Positions 1 to 11,200 of a stretch of DNA of 64,000 nt are shown piece by piece. The notes below the pieces were generated by a model. The model did no database searches. It was not told the origin of the DNA and saw nothing but the letters and a program-made list of their open reading frames with translations. The first letter of the stretch is position 1; the number at the start of each line of letters is the position of its first letter. Source of the stretch: Eledone cirrhosa (lineage: Eukaryota); NCBI GenBank assembly GCA_964016885.1, contig CAXHJY010000096.1:1798001-1862000 (forward strand). The letters are read 5' to 3'. The position numbers were made by a program, and so were the translations under genes.

Positions 1-152
1 ATAATTTGTAAAAAATAATCAGGGGGAGATAATTTCCAGCCGTCCAAGGGGAGATAATTTAAAAAAAAATCAGGCGGAGATAATTTGTAAAAAAAAATCA
101 GGGGGAGATAATTTGTAAAAAAAAATCAGGGGGAGATAATTTGTAAAAAAAA

Positions 153-570
153 TCAAGGGGAGATAATTTCCAGCCGTCCAAGGGAAGATAATTTCCAGCC
201 CTCCAAGGGGCTATAATTTCCAGTGTCCAAGGGGAGATAATTTCCAGCCAGCGAAGGGGAGATAATTTTTTTTAAAAAATCATTGGGAGATTTGTAAAAA
301 AAATCAGGGGGAGATAATTTGTAAAAAAAATCAAGGGGAGATAATTTCCAGCCGTCCAAGGGGAGGTAATATCTAGCCGTCCAAGGGGAGATAATTTCCA
401 GCCGTCCAAGGGGAGATAATTTCCAGCCGTCCCAGGGTAGATAATATCCAGCCGCCCAAGGACATATTTTCCAGCCATCCAAGGAGAGGTAATTTCTAGC
501 CGTCCAAGGGGAGATAAATTCCAGCCTCCAAGGGGAGATAATTTCCAGCCAGCCAAGGGGAGATAATTTG
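153..570 (+). repeat. Recurrent 'cattgggag' module (gggaagat..ccctcc / ggggctataat / agcgaagggg / T7-8A6-7-tcattgggagatttgt)
   Basis: The same ordered variant string recurs about 22 times by eye, e.g. cattgggag at 281, 2400, 7042, 9258, 15369, 22508, 30338, 37316, 45102, 53019, 57443 and 59562. Confidence 0.9.
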
Positions 571-803
571 TAAAAAAATCAGGGGGAGATAATTTGTAAA
601 AAAAATCAGGGGGAGATAATTTGTAAAAAAAAATCAGGGGGAGATAATTTGTAAAAAAAAATCAGGGGGAGATAATTTGCAAAAAAAATCAGGGGGAGAT
701 AATTTATAAAAAAAAATCAGGGGTAGATAATTTGTAAAAAAAAATCAGGGGGAGATAATTTGTAAAAAAAAATCAGGGGGAGATAATTTGTAAAAAAAAT
801 CAA
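567..803 (+). repeat. Example run of type A monomers, GGGGGAGATAATTTGT(A)7-9TCA
   Basis: About nine consecutive A units with A-tract length variation and point variants (tttgca, tttata, ggggtagat). Confidence 0.95.
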
Positions 804-1388
804 GGGGAGATAATTTCCAGCCGTCCAAGGAGAGATAATTTTAAAAAAAATCAGGCGGAGATAATTTGTAAAAAAAAATCAGGGGGAGATAATTTGTAAA
901 AAAAATCAGGGGGAGATAATTTGTAAAAAAAAATCAGGGGTAGATAATTTGTAAAAAAAATCAGGGGGAGATAATTTGTAAAAAAAAATCAGGGGGAGAT
1001 AATTTGTAAAAAAAATCAAGGGGAGATAATTTCCAGCCGTCCAAGGAGAGATAATTTTAAAAAAAATCAGGCGGAGATAATTTGTAAAAAAAAATTAGGG
1101 GGAGATAATTTGTAAAAAAAAATCAGGGGGAGATAATTTGTAAAAAAAATCAAGGGGAGATAATTTCCAGCCGTCCAAGGGGAGATAATTTTTAGCCGTC
1201 CAAGGGGAGATAATTTCCCGCCAGCCAAGGGAAGATAATATTCAAAAAAATCAGGCGGAGATAATTTGTAAAAAAAATCAGGGGGAGATAATTTGTAAAA
1301 AAATCAGGGGGAGATAATTTGTAAAAAAAAAAATCAGGGGGAGATAATTTGTAAAAAAAATCAGGGGGAGATAATTTGTAAAAAAAAA

Positions 1389-4300
1389 TCAGGGGTAGAT
1401 AATTTGTAAAAAAAAATCAGGGGGAGATAATTTGTAAAAAAAAATCAGGGGGAGATAATTTGTAAAAAAAATGAAAGGGGAGATAATATCCAGCCGTCCA
1501 AGGGGAGATAATTTCCAGCCGTCCAAGGGGAGATAATTTCCAGCCGTCCAAGGGGAGATAATTTCCATCCTTCCAAGGGGATATAATTTCCAGCCGTCCA
1601 AGGGGAGATAATTTCCATCCTTCCAAGGGGATATAATTTCCAGCCGTCCAAGGGGAGATAATTTTCAGCCGTCCAAGGAGAGGTAATTTCTAGCCGTCCA
1701 AGGAGAGATAATTTCCAGCCGTCCAAGGGGAGATAATTTCCAGCCGTCCAAGGGGAGATAATTTCCAGCCGTCCAAGGAGACATATTTTCCAGCCGTCCA
1801 AGGAGAGGTAATTCCTAGCCGTCCAAGGGGAGATAAATTCCAGCCTCCAAGGGGAGATAATTTCCAGCCAGCCAAGGGGAGATAATTTGTAAATAAAATC
1901 AGGGGGAGATAATTTGTAAAAAAAATCAGGGGGAGATAATTTGTAAAAAAAAATCAGGGGGAGATAATTTGTAAAAAATAATCAGGGGGAGATAATTTGT
2001 AAAAAAAATCAAGGGGAGATAATTTCCAGCCGTCCAAGGGGAGATAATTTTCAGCCGTCCAAGGGGAGATAATTTCCCGCCAGCCAAGGGAAGATAATAT
2101 TTAAAAAAATTAGGCGGAGATAATTTGTAAAAAAAATCAGGGGGAGATAATTTGTAAAAAAATCAGGGGGAGATAATTTGTAAAAAAAATCAGGGGGAGA
2201 TAATTTGTAAAAAAAATCAGGGGGAGATAATTTGTAAAAAAAAATCAGGGGGAGATAATTTGTAAAAAAAATCAAGGGGAGATAATTTCCAGCCGTCCAA
2301 GGGAAGATAATTTCCAGCCCTCCAAGGGGCTATAATTTCCAGCGTCCAATGGGAGATAATTTCCAGCCAGCGAAGGGGAGATAATTTTTTTTAAAAAATC
2401 ATTGGGAGATTTGTAAAAAAAATCAGGGGGAGATAATTTGTAAAAAAAATCAAGGGGAGATAATTTCCAGCCGTCCAAGGGGAGGTAATATCTAGCCGTC
2501 CAAGGGGAGATAATTTCCAGCCGTCCAAGGGGAGATAATTTCCAGCCGTCCAAGGGTAGATAATATCCAGCCGTCCAAGGACATATTTTCCAGCCGTCCA
2601 AGGAGAGGTAATTTCTAGCCGTCCAAGGGGAGATAAATTCCAGCCTCCAAGGTGAGATAATTTCCAGCCAGCCAAGGGGAGATAATTTGTAAAAAAATCA
2701 GGGGGAGATAATTTGTAAAAAAAATCAGGGGGAGATAATTTGTAAAAAAAAATCAGGGGGAGATAATTTGTAAAAAAAAATCAGGGGGAGATAATTTGTA
2801 AAAAAAAATCAGGGGGAGATAATTTGTAAAAAAATCAAGGGGAGATAATTTCCAGCCGTCCAAGGGGAGATAATTTTCAGCCGTCCAAGGGGAGATAATT
2901 TCCCGCCAGCCAAGGGAAGATAATATTTGAAAAAATCAGGCGGAGATAATTTGTAAAAAAAATCAGGGGGAGATAATTTGTAAAAAAATCAGGGGGAGAT
3001 AATTTGTAAAAAAAAAATCAGGGGGAGATAATTTGTAAAAAGAATCAGGGGGAGATAATTTGTAAAAAAAAATCAGGGGTAGATAAATTGTAAAAAAAAA
3101 TCAGGGGGAGATAATTTGTAAAAAAAATCAGGGGGAGATAATTTGTAAAAAAAATGAAAGGGGAGATAATATCCAGCCGTCCAAGGGGAGATAATTTCCA
3201 GCCGTCCAAGGGGAGATAATTTCCAGCCGTCCAAGGGGAGATAATTTCCATCCTTCCAAGGGGATATAATTTCCAGCCGTCCAAGGGGAGATAATTTCCC
3301 GCCAGCCAAGGGAAGATAATTTTTAAAAAAATCAGGCGGAGATTGTAAAAAAAATCAGGGGGGAGATAATTTGTAAAAAAATCAGGGGGAGATAATTTGT
3401 AAAAAAAAATCAGGGGGAGATAATTTGTAAAAAATAATCAGGGGGAGATAATTTGTAAAAAAAAATCAAGGGGAGATAATTTCCAGCCGTCCAAGGGGAG
3501 ATAATTTCCCGCCAGCCAAGGGAAGATAATATTTAAAAAAATTAGGCGGAGATAATTTGTAAAAAATAATCAGGGGGAGATAATTTGTAAAAAAAAATCA
3601 AGGGGAGATAATTTCCAGCCGTCCAAGGGGAGATAATTTTCAGCCGTCCAAGGAGAGGTAATTTCTAGCCGTCCAAGGGGAGATAATTTCCAGCCGTCCA
3701 AGGGGAGGTAATTTCCAGCCGTCCAAGGGGAGATAATTTAAAAAAAAAAATCAGGCGGAGATAATTTGTAAAAAAAATCAAGGGGAGATAATTTGCAGCC
3801 GTCCAAGGGGAGATAATTTTCAGTCGTCCAAGGAGAGGTAATTTCTAGCCGTCCAAGGGGAGATAATTGCCAGCCGTCCAAGGGGAGATAATTTCCAGCC
3901 GTCCAAGGGGAGATAATTTTTTTTAAAAAATCAGGCGGAGATAATTTGTAAAAAAAATCAGGGGGAGATAATTTGTAAACAAAATCAGGGGGAGATAATT
4001 TGTAAAAAAAAATCAGGGGGAGATAATTTGTAAAAAAAATCATGGAGAGATAATTTCCAGCCGTCCAAGGTGAGATAATTTCCAGCCGTCCAAGGAGACA
4101 TATTTTCCAGCCGTCCAAGGCGAGGTAATTTCTAGCCGTCCAAGGGGAGATAAATTCCAGCCTCCAAGGGGAGATAATTTCCAGCTAGCCAAGTGGAGAT
4201 AATTTGTAAAAAAATCAGGGGGAGATAATTTGTAAAAAATATCAGGGAGATAATTTGTAAAAAAAAATCAGGGGGAGATAATTTGTAAAAAAAATCAGGG

Positions 4301-7300
4301 GGAGATAATTTGTAAAAAAAAATCAGGGGGAGATAATTTGTAAAAAAAATCAAGGGGAGATAATTTCCAGCCGTCCAAGGGGAGATAATTTTCAGCCGTC
4401 CAAGGGGAGATAATTTCCCGCCAGCCAAGGGAAGATAATATTTAAAAAAATCAGGCGGAGATAATTTGTAAAAAAAATCAGGGGGAGATAATTTGTAAAA
4501 AAATCAGGGGGAGATAATTTGTAAAAAAAAAATCAGGGGGAGATAATTTGTAAAAAAAATCAGGGGGAGATAATTTGTAAAAAAAAATCAGGGATAGATA
4601 ATTTGTAAACAAAAATCAGGGGGAGATAATTTGTAAAAAAAAATCAGGGGGAGATAATTTGTAAAAAAAATGAAAGGGGAGATAATATCCAGCCGTCCAA
4701 GGGGAGATAATTTCCAGCCGTCCAAGGGGATATAATTTCCAGCCGTCCAAGGGGAGATAATTTCCATCCTTCCAAGGGGATATAATTTCCAGCCGTCCAA
4801 GGGGAGATAATTTCCCGCCAGCCAAGGGAAGATAATTTTTAAAAAAATCAGGCGGAGATTGTAAAAAAAATCAGGGGGGAGATAATTTGTAAAAAAATCA
4901 GGGGGAGATAATTTGTAAAAAATAATCAGGGGGAGATAATTTGTAAAAAAATTCAAGGGGAGATAATTTCCAGCCGTCCAAGGGGAGATAATTTCCCGCC
5001 AGCCAAGGGAAGATAATATTTAAAAAAATTAGGCGGAGATAATTTGTAAAAAAAATCAGGTGGAGATAATTTGTAAAAAAATCAGGGGGAGATAATTTGT
5101 AAAAAAAATCAGGGGGAGATAATTTGTAAAAAAAATCATGGGGAGATAATTTGTAAAAAAAAATCAGGAGTAGATAATTTGTAAAAAAAAATCAGGGGGA
5201 GATAATTTGTAAAAAAAAATCAGGGGGAGATAATTTGTAAAAAAAATCAAGGGGAGATAATATCCAGCCGTCCAAGGAGAGATAATTTTAAAAAAAATGA
5301 GGCGGAGATAATTTGTAAAAAAAAAATCAGGGGGAGTTAATTTGTAAAAAAAAATGAGGGGGAGATAATTTGTAAAAAAAATCAAGGGGAGATAATTTCC
5401 AGCCGTCCAAGGGGAGATAATTTTCAGCCTTCCAAGGAGAGGTAATTTCTAGCCGTCCAAGGGGAGATAATTTCCAGCCGTCCAAGGGGAGGTAATTTCC
5501 AGCCGTCCAAGGGGAGATAATTTTAAAAAAAAAATCAGGCGGAGATAATTTGTAAAAAAAATCAAGTGGAGATAATTTGCAGCCGTCCAAGGGGAGATAA
5601 TTTTCAGTCGTCCAAGGAGAGGTAATTTCTAGCCGTCCAAGGGGAGATAATTTCCAGCCGTCCAAGGGGAGATAATTTCCAGCCGTCCAAGGGGAGATAA
5701 TTTTTTTTAAAAAATCAGGCGGAGATAATTTGTAAAAAAAATCAGGGGGAGATAATTTGTAAACAAAATCAGGGGGAGATAATTTGTAAAAAAAAATCAG
5801 GGGGAGATAATTTGTAAAAAAAATTAGGCGTAGATAATTTGTAAAAAAAAATCAGGGGGAGATAATTTGTAAAAAAAAATCAGGGGGAGATAATTTGTTT
5901 AAAAAATCAAGGGGAGATAATTTGCAGCCGTCCAAGGGGAGATAATTTTCAGCCGTCCAAGGAGAGGTAATTTCTAGCCGTTCAAGGGGAGATAATTTCC
6001 AGCCGTCCAAGGGGAGATAATTTCCAGCCGTCCAAGGGGAGATAATTTTTTTTAAAAAATCAGGCGGAGATAATTTGTAAAAAAAAATCAGGGGGAGATA
6101 ATTCGTAAAAAAAAATCAGGGGGAGATAATTTGTAAAAAAAAATCAGGGGGAGATAATTTGTAAAAAAAATCAAGGGGAGATAATTTCCAGCCGTCCAAG
6201 GGGAGGTAATATCTAGCCGTCCAAGGGGAGATAATTTCCAGCCGTCCAAGGGGAGATAATTTCCAGCCGTCCAAGGGGAGATAATTTCCAGCCGTCCAAG
6301 GAGACATATTTTCCAGCCGTCCAAGGCGAGGTAATTTCTAGCCGTCCAAGGGGAGATTAATTCCAGCCTCCAAGGGGAGATAATTTCCAGCCAGCCAAGG
6401 GGAGATAATTTGTAAAAAAATCAGGGGGAGATAATTTGTAAAAAATATCAGGGAGATAATTTGTAAAAAAAAATCAGGGGGAGATAATTTGTAAAAAAAA
6501 TCAGGGGGAGATAATTTGTAAAAAAAAATCAGGGGGAGATAATTTGTAAAAAAAATCAAGGGGAGATAATTTCCAGCCGTCCAAGGGGAGATAATTTTCA
6601 GCCGTCCAAGGAGAGGTAATTTCTAATCCGTCCGAGGAGAGATAATTTCCAGCCGTCCAAGGGGAGATAATTTCCAGCCGTCCAAGGGGAGATAATTTCC
6701 AGCCGTCCAAGGAGACATATTTTCCAGCCGTCCAAGGAGAGGTAATTTCTAGCCGTCCAAGGGGAGATAAATTCCAGCCTCCAAGGGGAGATAATTTCCA
6801 GCCAGCCAAGGGGAGATAATTTGTAAAAAAATCAGGGGGAGATAATTTGCAAAAAAAATCAGGGGGAGATAATTTGTAAAAAAAATCAGGGGGAGATAAT
6901 TTGTAAAAAATAATCAGGGGGAGGTAATTTCCAGCCGTCCAAGGGAAGATAATTTCCAGCCCTCCAAGGGGCTATAATTTCCAGTGTCCAAGGGGAGATA
7001 ATTTCCAGCCAGCGAAGGGGAGATAATTTTTTTTAAAAAATCATTGGGAGATTTGTAAAAAAAATCAGGGGGAGATAATTTGTAAAAAAAATCAAGGGGA
7101 GATAATTTCCAGCCGTCCAAGGGGAGGTAATATCTAGCCGTCCAAGGGTAGATAATTTCCAGCCGTCCAACGGGAGATAATTTCCAGCCGTCCAAGGGTA
7201 GATAATATCCAGCCGCCCAAGGACATATTTTCCAGCCGTCCAAGGAGAGGTAGTTTCTAGCCGTCCAAGGGGAGATAATTTCCAGCCGTCCAAGGGTAGA

Positions 7301-8246
7301 TAATATCCAGCCGTCCAAGGACATATTTTCCAGCCGTCCAAGGAGAGGTAATTTCTAGCCGTCCAAGGGGAGATAAATTCCAGCCTCCAAGGGGAGATAA
7401 TTTCCAGCCAGCCAAGGGGAGATAATTTGTAAAAAAATCAGGGGGAGATAATTTGTAAAAAAAATCAGGGGGAGATAATTTGTAAAAAAAAATCAGGGGG
7501 AGATAATTTGTAAAAAAAAATCAGGGTGAGATAATTTGCAAAAAAAATCAGGGGGAGATAATTTGTAAAAAAAAATCAGGGGTAGATAATTTGTAAAAAA
7601 AAATCAGGGGGAGATAATTTGTAAAAAAAAATCAGGGGGAGATAATTTGTAAAAAAAATCAAGGGGAGATAATTTCCAGCCGTCCAAGGAGAGATAATTT
7701 AAAAAAAAATCAGGCGGAGATAATTTGTAAAAAAAAATCAGGGGGAGATAATTTGTAAAAAAAATCAGGGGGAGATAATTTGTAAAAAAAAATCAGGGGT
7801 AGATAATTTGTAAAAAAAAATCAGGGGGAGATAATTTGTAAAAAAAAATCAGGAGGAGATAATTTGTAAAAAAAATCAAGGGGAGATAATTTCCAGCCGT
7901 CCAAGGAGAGATAATTTAAAAAAAAATCAGGCGGAGATAATTTGTAAAAAAAAATCAGGGGGAGATAATTTGTTAAAAAAAATCAGGGGGAGATAATTTG
8001 TAAAAAAAATCAAGGGGAGATAATTTCCAGCCGTCCAAGGGGAGATAATTTTCAGCCGTCCAAGGGGAGATAATTTCCCGCCAGCCAAGGGAAGATAATA
8101 TTCAAAAAAATCAGGCGGAGATAATTTGTAAAAAAAATCAGGGGGAGATAATTTGTAAAAAAATCAGGGGGAGATAATTTGTAAAAAAAAAATCAGGGGG
8201 AGATAATTTGTAAAAAAAATCAGGGGGAGATAATTTGTAAAAAAAA
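1389..8246 (+). repeat. One ~6.86-kb higher-order repeat unit
   Basis: ORF-track landmarks recur at a constant offset of 6858: 1389/8247, 2051/8909, 2272/9130, 3045/9903. Confidence 0.88.
1476..1876 (+). repeat. Example long run of type B monomers, GGGGAGATAATTTCCAGCCGTCCAA (25 bp)
   Basis: About 16 consecutive ~25-bp units with ordered variants: ccatccttcc twice, ggatataat, ggagaggtaatttctag, ggagacatatttt, ataaattccagcctcc, ccagccagcc. Confidence 0.95.
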
Positions 8247-11200
8247 TCAGGGGTAGATAATTTGTAAAAAAAAATCAGGGGGAGATAATTTGTAAAAAAA
8301 AATCAGGGGGAGATAATTTGTAAAAAAAATGAAAGGGGAGATAATATCCAGCCGTCCAAGGGGAGATAATTTCCAGCCGTCCAAGGGGAGATAATTTCCA
8401 GCCGTCCAAGGGGAGATAATTTCCATCCTTCCAAGGGGATATAATTTCCAGCCGTCCAAGGGGAGATAATTTCCATCCTTCCAAGGGGATATAATTTCCA
8501 GCCGTCCAAGGGGAGATAATTTTCAGCCGTCCAAGGAGAGGTAATTTCTAGCCGTCCAAGGAGAGATAATTTCCAGCCGTCCAAGGGGAGATAATTTCCA
8601 GCCGTCCAAGGGGAGATAATTTCCAGCCGTCCAAGGAGACATATTTTCCAGCCGTCCAAGGAGAGGTAATTCCTAGCCGTCCAAGGGGAGATAAATTCCA
8701 GCCTCCAAGGGGAGATAATTTCCAGCCAGCCAAGGGGAGATAATTTGTAAAAAAAATCAGGGGGAGATAATTTGTAAAAAAAATCAGGGGGAGATAATTT
8801 GTAAAAAAAAATCAGGGGTAGATAATTTGTAAAAAATAATCAGGGGGAGATAATTTGTAAAAAAAATCAAGGGGAGATAATTTCCAGCCGTCCAAGGGGA
8901 GATAATTTTCAGCCGTCCAAGGGGAGATAATTTCCCGCCAGCCAAGGGAAGATAATATTTAAAAAAATTAGGCGGAGATAATTTGTAAAAAAAATCAGGG
9001 GGAGATAATTTGTAAAAAAATCAGGGGGAGATAATTTGTAAAAAAAATCAGGGGGAGATAATTTGTAAAAAAAATCAGGGGGAGATAATTTGTAAAAAAA
9101 AATCAGGGGGAGATAATTTGTAAAAAAAATCAAGGGGAGATAATTTCCAGCCGTCCAAGGGAAGATAATTTCCAGCCCTCCAAGGGGCTATAATTTCCAG
9201 CGTCCAAGGGGAGATAATTTCCAGCCAGCGAAGGGGAGATAATTTTTTTTAAAAAATCATTGGGAGATTTGTAAAAAAAATCAGGGGGAGATAATTTGTA
9301 AAAAAAATCAAGGGGAGATAATTTCCAGCCGTCCAAGGGGAGGTAATATCTAGCCGTCCAAGGGGAGATAATTTCCAGCCGTCCAAGGGGAGATAATTTC
9401 CAGCCGTCCAAGGGTAGATAATATCCAGCCGTCCAAGGACATATTTTCCAGCCGTTCAAGGAGAGGTAATTTCTAGCCGTCCAAGGGGAGATAAATTCCA
9501 GCCTCCAAGGTGAGATAATTTCCAGCCAGCCAAGGGGAGATAATTTGTAAAAAAATCAGGGGGAGATAATTTGTAAAAAAAATCAGGGGGAGATAATTTG
9601 TAAAAAAAAATCAGGGGGAGATAATTTGTAAAAAAAAATCAGGGGGAGATAATTTGTAAAAAAAAATCAGGGGGAGATAATTTGTAAAAAAATCAAGGGG
9701 AGATAATTTCCAGCCGTCCAAGGGGAGATAATTTTCAGCCGTCCAAGGGGAGATAATTTCCCGCCAGCCAAGGGAAGATAATATTTGAAAAAATCAGGCG
9801 GAGATAATTTGTAAAAAAAATCAGGGGGAGATAATTTGTAAAAAAATCAGGGGGAGATAATTTGTAAAAAAAAAATCAGGGGGAGATAATTTGTAAAAAG
9901 AATCAGGGGGAGATAATTTGTAAAAAAAAATCAGGGGTAGATAAATTGTAAAAAAAAATCAGGGGGAGATAATTTGTAAAAAAAATCAGGGGGAGATAAT
10001 TTGTAAAAAAAATGAAAGGGGAGATAATATCCAGCCGTCCAAGGGGAGATAATTTCCAGCCGTCCAAGGGGAGATAATTTCCAGCCGTCCAAGGGGAGAT
10101 AATTTCCATCCTTCCAAGGGGATATAATTTCCAGCCGTCCAAGGGGAGATAATTTCCCGCCAGCCAAGGGAAGATAATTTTTAAAAAAATCAGGCGGAGA
10201 TTGTAAAAAAAATCAGGGGGGAGATAATTTGTAAAAAAATCAGGGGGAGATAATTTGTAAAAAAAAATCAGGGGGAGATAATTTGTAAAAAATAATCAGG
10301 GGGAGATAATTTGTAAAAAAAAATCAAGGGGAGATAATTTCCAGCCGTCCAAGGGGAGATAATTTCCCGCCAGCCAAGGGAAGATAATATTTAAAAAAAT
10401 TAGGCGGAGATAATTTGTAAAAAAAATCAGGGGGAGATAATTTGTAAAAAAATCAGGGGGAGATAATTTGTAAAAAAAATCAGGGGGAGATAATTTGTAA
10501 AAAAATTCATGGGGAGATAATTTGTAAAAAAAAATCAGGGGTAGATAATTTGTAAAAAAAAATCAGGGGGAGATAATTTGTAAAAAAAAATCAGGGGGAG
10601 ATAATTTGTAAAAAAAATCAAGGGGAGATAATTTCCAGCCGTCCAAGGGGAGATAATTTTCAGCCGTCCAAGGAGAGGTAATTTCTAGCCGTCCAAGGGG
10701 AGATAATTTCCAGCCGTCCAAGGGGAGGTAATTTCCAGCCGTCCAAGGGGAGATAATTTAAAAAAAAAAATCAGGCGGAGATAATTTGTAAAAAAAATCA
10801 AGGGGAGATAATTTGCAGCCGTCCAAGGGGAGATAATTTTCAGTCGTCCAAGGAGAGGTAATTTCTAGCCGTCCAAGGGGAGATAATTTCCAGCCGTCCA
10901 AGGGGAGATAATTTTTTTTAAAAAATCAGGCGGAGATAATTTGTAAAAAAAATCAGGGGGAGATAATTTGTAAACAAAATCAGGGGGAGATAATTTGTAA
11001 AAAAAAATCAGGGGGAGATAATTTGTAAAAAAAATCATGGAGAGATAATTTCCAGCCGTCCAAGGTGAGATAATTTCCAGCCGTCCAAGGAGACATATTT
11101 TCCAGCCGTCCAAGGCGAGGTAATTTCTAGCCGTCCAAGGGGAGATAAATTCCAGCCTCCAAGGGGAGATAATTTCCAGCTAGCCAAGTGGAGATAATTT

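Noticed and set aside
262-282. T7-8/A6-7 palindromes as terminators or cruciforms
   Set aside because: They are short pure A/T palindromes arising from loss of GT in an A unit, with no GC stem and no gene context.
567-803. Canonical G-quadruplex array from the G4-G5 runs
   Set aside because: Loops between G runs are about 21-23 nt, far longer than the canonical 1-7 nt, so stable G4 cannot be supported from sequence alone.
567-803. Kinetoplast-like phased A-tract curvature
   Set aside because: The 27-28 bp period is about 2.6 helical turns, so neighbouring tracts are largely out of phase and strong macroscopic bending is not expected.
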